Shown one piece after another: positions 58,499-64,000 of a DNA stretch of 64,000 bases. Source of the DNA: Phaeosaccion multiseriatum (lineage: Eukaryota; Protista; Ochrophyta, other classes). The DNA is taken from NCBI GenBank assembly GCA_965112735.1, contig OZ218950.1:4030001-4094000 (forward strand), in the 5' to 3' direction. Within the stretch, counting starts at the first letter, position 1. The number at the start of each line of letters is the position of its first letter. A program made the translations under genes and the position numbers. The notes beneath the pieces are model-generated. The model was not told the origin of the DNA, made no database searches, and saw nothing but the letters and a program-made list of their open reading frames with translations.

Positions 58499-59018
58499 GG
58501 TACAAAGAGCTTTAGAGAGAGAGAGAGAGTGAGAAGGGAAAGAGAGAGTAATTGGGTTCAAAAGATACCCAAGCTCGTGCTCGTGCGGAAAGAACACCCC
58601 TCGGGATTTGGCAGTTCTCTTGGGCTTTGTTTCTTAAACACGGCCAGACTCATCCCACACTAAGCTACTTCTGGTGCCTCTTCCGCCAGCAGCTGTTGCG
58701 CCCTTCTACCCTGCAGTGCGGGTCCAGGGCTGAAGGTGCCGCTCCCTCCGCAGGCCCTTCTCAGGTAGGAGCGGTGTTAGGCCCGTGTGTACCTGGGGGG
58801 AGCAGTGCCTCTTGTGCTTTGATGGGCTATATACGCCCCTACAGCCCGCCCCCTCTCGCTTCCTCGCATAGTAGGCTCGGTGAAGATGGCTCTGACTGTT
58901 TAGCTGCTCCACTCCCCCCCCCCCCATTTTTCGCGGGCCGGCCATGTGGAACGATTGTGGCTCTGCCCCCCGCCCCCCTTCCTCTGGCGGTGCAGCAAGT
59001 GGGACTACAGTAGTCACA

Positions 59019-62000
59019 ATGGCGGAGCCTGGCCAAGTCGAAGCGCAGGATCAGCTCAGCGGCATGGCCGTGTCGCTTCAGCTTAAAAAGGATGAGATCG
59101 CTCGAGGAAGGCGGCAGGAAGTGGAGTGCAAAGAACGTATATGCAAGCTCGAGGCAAGTAGGGAAGGAAGAGGGGTCGCTTCCCCTGTCTAGCACTTGTG
59201 CCGTATATTGTCCCTATCCTGCACTAGCTACTTGTCCTGGTGTGGATGGGGGGGAGAGCGGAGCTGTGCTTGAGGGAAGGCTGCCCTGGCAAGCTGTGTG
59301 GCCTCCTTTGGATTTCAGAGAGCCTTACGCACTCGGCGAGGGATATTCCTCTTGTCGCGCCACGCGCCCTGCCTTTCCCTCTGCTTCTTCACTTCGCGTT
59401 CGACGTTGGAGGATGAGGACCTGAGACCACCCTGTCGTTCCCTTCCTTGCCTACCCCTCCGCCCCTCGCTCTTCACTTTCTGTTCTCTGCTCCTCCATAC
59501 GGCACCTGCTTGTCATCGACTTGGTGTGTGTGCTGCACAGCGGGACTTGGAAAAGAAGGTGGCCGAGTCCAACGCCCTTCAGAAGGAGGATGCCGCTCAC
59601 CTACAGTCTCTCAAAGACTTGCGGACCGAGGTCTCCCGCACACTGGCAGGTGCGTCGTGACGTAGGCACAGCTCGGGATGCGGAACAAGGGACCAGAAGG
59701 AGTAGCGTTACTTGCCGCTCCCTGTGGCCCCCGTCTTCCCTCAAAGGCTTGCTTCCTTCTCCGCTCGACTCCCTCCGCCGTCCTCCGCGTCCTTCAAACT
59801 GCACCCCAGGTATCTTCATGACCGCGGCGCCAGCGAAGGTCGAGGAGCGCAAAGATGCCGTGGGGCGCCTCAGAGCTCAAGTGCGGGTGCGTGGCAGGGG
59901 GGATGGAAGGAGAAAGAGGGCTGAGGCAACTCAGAGGGGAGGGGAAAGAACTCAAATCACCCTCACAAACGGAAACACGCCTCGGACTCGTGAGGAAACG
60001 AGCAGGTGATGGTAGTTTTCAATTCTTGTCTGATGTATTTGTGGGCATCCTGACCACGCTCCTCGCCCCTCCACAGCAAGTCGTGCAAGGGGAAGAGGCG
60101 ATGAGGGGGGAGCTTGACGCGGTGAGGACGAAGCTGGGGGAGACGAGGAGCGCGATCGCCAAGACCAGTCGCTTGCTTGAGGACGAGGAGAAGCGGGCCA
60201 AAGCGCTCTCCGACCAAGACGCCAAGTCGGAGAGAAGCCTCCAGCGTGAGAAGGATAAGAGCGCCAAGGCACGGGCGGACGCGGATCGGCTGAAGGCTGA
60301 GCTCGAGGCCAAGCGAAGCGAGCTGGCGGAAAGGCAGGCGGCAGCGCAGGAGGAGCTCAAAGCACTGAAGAAGGAGCAAGAGGCTGGGGCGGTGGCCGTG
60401 CAGACGCTGCGAGCCGCCGCCGAGAGGGAGAGGGAGGCCCACCTGCAGAAGGAGGCGCTTTCACAGAGGCGGGGCGAGCAGCTGGAGGCGCAGACCATGG
60501 CAAGCCAGGAGAAGCTGTGCAGGATCGCGCAGGAGGTCGCCTCTATGCTGGGCAGCAAGTACGCCGACAAGACCACAGACGGGGGTCTCAGTGCTGCCAT
60601 TGCGGAGTGCTGTGCGGATGGACAGGCGGAGATTGCGCGTCTCACTGCCTCGTGTGAGACCCAGCGCGAGGCCATCAGACGCGCGGAGGAGGAAAAGCAG
60701 GCCGCCGACGCTCGCATCGCCGCACAGCGCTCACGCCTTGCCGCGGCGGAGTGCGAGAAGGCATCGGTGACGCGGGCCGCCGAATGGGTCAAGACTCGGG
60801 CCGAGGACCACGAAAAGGGAGACGACGACTTTCGCGAGAGGGAGAGGGGCTTCGCAGCCATCCTCAGCGACTGCGAGAGGCTGGAGCAGGAGGTGCGAGC
60901 GCTCCAGTGCAAGTCCGGAGCGGCCCGAGAGGCGGCGCAGAGGGCAGAGGAAGAGGAGAACGCCTCTCGCAAGACGCTTCTCACGATGGCGCAGGAGCAC
61001 CACCCGGAGGAGGAGGAGGATGAAGGGGAGGAAGGCGAGGTGAAGCAGGAGCCACCACCTTCGCATGCGGGTAGTCTGAGCAGCGACGAGGACGAGGGCT
61101 CCAAGGCGCCAGTCTGCCCCGATGCTTCTGATGCTCGGGAGGAGGAGACAGGAGCAGCGAGAACGCCTAGTGAGGAGGAGGAGGAGGAGGAGGAAGAGGA
61201 GGAGGAGGAGGAGGACGAGGAGGGCGGGGGGAAGGGCGTCGTAGGCACTCCACCTTCTTCCAGTGCCGGCAATGCCTCTGCCATCCCCGCCCCGGCCTCG
61301 CCCGCCGCGTCCAAGGAGCACGACGAGGACGAGTTGCGGCGGCTCACCGCCAAGCAGGCAGGCATCGCACAGCAAAGGGTGGAGGTCGAGGCCGAAGTGC
61401 TGCGGCTGCGCCAGGCGGGCGCGGAGGCGGAGGAGAGCTGCGGTGCGCTGCGGATGGAGCATGCCGAGCTCCTGCAGCAAGCGGTGGATGTGGGTGCGGA
61501 GGTCGAAAAGGCCGAACGGGAGGTGGCGGAGGCGGCGGAGAAGCACGCCCAGGAGGTGAGTCGTGAGTCGTGAGTGGGGTTGGGGCTGGTGCCCAAGGGG
61601 AAGATGAGAGAGTAAATGGGGACACCCTTCCTCACTCACAACCCACACACTTGCTGAATCGGGTCACGGTCGGGTCAGAGTCGCGTTGCTCTTGCGGAGA
61701 GTCGCTTACTCAGTGTACCGCTGGGCACGCTGCGTCCCCAAACTCGCTCTTGGGGCCTAACTAGGTAGTGGCCACTTCACTCACCATGTCTGGCTCTGAA
61801 GTGTACCTGAAGCAAGCAAGAACCCAGAGAAAAAGCAAGGGGAGGAATGTCCCTTGCTCGGCTGCACTGACATACGACATTTTTGGCCCTCGCATACACT
61901 TCTCAGCTCTCCCCCCTCGTGCTATGCTGCTCTACCATGCTATACCCTCTCCCTTTCCCTCCACTCACGCACGCACTCACTCACTCACTCACTCGTTCAC

Positions 62001-63204
62001 TCAGATTGCAGATGCAGAGAAGCAGCTCCAGCTCTTGGAGGATGGACTCGCAGAGCAGGCTCAAGCCGCGAGCAGGGAGCTAGAGCGGTGCAGAGAGGAG
62101 CGCGCAGAGCTAGAGCGCATTGTGGCTGGGCTGGAGGCCGAGTGGGAAACCAAGAAGAGGCAGGAGGGAGAGCAAGCCAAGGAGGAGGAGAAGCACGAGC
62201 TTGAGTTGCGGAAGCAGGAAGCGTCGGTGTGGGCACCGGCATCAGACGAAGCGAAACTCATTGCGACTTGCCTCCTCGCCCAAGCCAAAGGAGCAGCGTC
62301 GGCTCGCGATGGCGATGGCGATAGTGGTGATGGTGATGGTGATTGCGATGGTGATGGTGACAGTGATGGTGGTTGTGATGGTGGTGGCTGTGTGACCCTC
62401 CTCGAGGCGGCGCTGTCGGCCAAGAGAGACAAGATGCGGGTGGAGAGGGAGCGGATGGAAAAGCAGGCGCGAGTGACGGAACAAGACCTCGAGCAGCAGC
62501 TGAGGAGAGCCGACGCAGAGAAGGCAGAGCTCGAGGCGAAGGTGCAAGCCTTACAGAAGAAGGCTCAAGACAGGCTGGGCAAGGCTCCGAAGCAGCAGCA
62601 CCAGCAGCAGCAAGGGGCAGCAGTGCAACCGAAGAAGAGGAAGGAGAAGAAAGGAGACGCAACCCTTGCCGCCAAGCAACCACCGCACGCTCCCAAGAAA
62701 TCGACGAGCCACGGCGGCTCCACTCTGTCTGCTGCTGGCAGTAGTACTGCTCCTCGAGGAAGAACAAAGGCTGCTGTGGGGGGGGCGACGGCTCGCGGCC
62801 GCAGCAAGGGGGCTCGGTCCGGTAGCGGCGGCAGAGGCGGTGGTACCGAAGGGGCCGACGGGGCCGGAGGGGCGCGGACGACCGGAAAGTCGAAGGAGCC
62901 GCACCGAAAGAGACCCAAGAGCCTCAGCACCTCGCAGCCCCCGCAGCAGCAACAGCAGCAGTTGGTGGCACAGCCGCGGCAGCAGCAGGTGGTGAGACAG
63001 CAGCGGCGACAACAGCAGCCGCAGGAGTCGCACCCGTACAAAAAGACCGCCCAGCAGCAGCAGCAGCAGCAGCAGCACCGTCATCACCGCGAGAAGGAGA
63101 ATCAGCCTCAGCAGGCCACGGGTATGCCAGCTATGTCGCGTCAGTCGCTGCCCAAGCTCAAGATTCGCAAGAAGAGTAGGAAGAACGGGCCAACGTCAGC
63201 CTGA
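59019..63204 (+). CDS. Large uncharacterised coiled-coil protein (~1000 aa, 5 exons) with an acidic insert and a basic/Gln-rich tail
   Basis: Phase-consistent exons 59019-59153, 59541-59649, 59834-59880, 60077-61555 and 62005-63204; continuous Glu/Ala/Arg/Lys/Gln-rich helical sequence. Confidence 0.75.
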
Positions 63205-63671
63205 TGCCTTGAGGGTCAAGGAGCCGCGAGGGGGGGAGGGGGCGAGTGTGGTGAGTGAGCGATGGATGGCTGCGTTTCCGAGTCCAGCGGGGAAGGAAGG
63301 AAGTGGCAGCAGCGCCCAATGCGGACTCGACTGCTGCTGCTACTGGTGGCCGCTCGAGGGGCGTCTCTGCAGCTCCCCCCCCCTCTCCCTCCCTCTCTCT
63401 TCCTACCTTTAGACCCCAGGAAGGAGTAGAATAGAAGGCCAGCATGGATAGATCAGTGGATCGCTTCATCTGGATAGATGGCACTAGATGGCACAACCGG
63501 ACCAGGGGAGGTCAGCTGAAGGCTTTCGTTTGGATCGCCCTCTCCCCCTGCCCCCCGACTCAGATTAGAGAGTAGCAGCGGCATTTGATTGTTTTATTGG
63601 GAAGAGGAAAGGCTGATCTATCTTCGTGTGGAGGCACAGCCCCCATCTCTCTCCTCTCCTTACTGTATGCA

Positions 63672-64000
63672 CTACTTCTTGTCTTTCTTGCTCTTCTTCT
63701 TCGCAGATTTCTCCTTCTTGTCCTTCTTCTTCTTCTTCTTCGAAGACACAGACTCGGTCACCTCATTCTCATCCCCGCGGGCCTCTGATACTTCCTCCTC
63801 CCTCTCCTCCTCGGCTGCTGCTGCTGTTGCGCCCCCCTCTCCGGCAGACTTGTTACTCTTTCTCTTCTTCCGCACTGGTGCTGCTGCTGGCCCGCCCTGA
63901 GCCCCGCCCCCCACCCCCGCCCCTCTTCTTCTCTCCGATTCGAATGTGGAGTTGGCCCCTGCGGGCCTGAAGCGTATCCGCATGCCCGTGAGCTGAGGCT
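63672..64000 (-). CDS. 3' end of a probable RNA polymerase I subunit RPA34.5/PAF49-like protein (partial)
   Basis: PQLTGMRIRFRPAG resembles the PQxxGLxxRFxPxG motif of RPA34.5 and is followed by a lysine-rich tail. The 5' part lies outside the window. Confidence 0.5.
   Translation of the reverse strand, partial: PQLTGMRIRFRPAGANSTFESERRRGAGVGGGAQGGPAAAPVRKKRKSNKSAGEGGATAAAAEEEREEEVSEARGDENEVTESVSSKKKKKKDKKEKSAKKKSKKDKK

Noticed and set aside
60019-61648. Long minus-strand ORFs (538 and 305 aa) and similar antisense ORFs over other genes
   Set aside because: They are antisense shadows of GC-rich coding exons and show no independent motifs.

Overview
This is a 64 kb window of GC-rich, intron-rich eukaryotic genomic DNA. 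It most likely comes from a flagellated ochrophyte (photosynthetic stramenopile), inferred from a B9D2 transition-zone gene and a signal-peptide + 'AS-F' bipartite plastid leader. I reconstructed about 15 protein-coding genes by joining exons manually, checking splice phase at many junctions. They are: a chromo-like/DUF4211-like protein, an N-terminally anchored globin, FNTB, an N-terminally extended B9D2, GPN2, a tail-anchored NadD-like enzyme, a PinX1-like G-patch protein, two long coiled-coil proteins, an IQ-motif protein, a 13-kb GlmS-like gene (class II glutamine amidotransferase + SIS + transmembrane + SIS), an ankyrin protein, RNF113A/CWC24, a plastid-targeted DUF4336 protein and the 3' end of a probable RPA34. 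Most short ORFs in the supplied track are microsatellite or antisense artefacts. Four observations stand out. (1) The GlmS-like membrane protein keeps the glutaminase site (catalytic Cys on a 17-nt first coding exon) but appears to have lost the GlmS sugar-catalytic residues. (2) An 18-bp motif, CTGTAYCACCAACTGCTG, is dispersed at least 11 times and is strand-biased in introns. (3) A ~250-nt fold-back has arms that differ almost only at synonymous sites. (4) Microsatellites at intron ends are polarised and sometimes mutually complementary. All family assignments come from remembered motifs; no database search was run.
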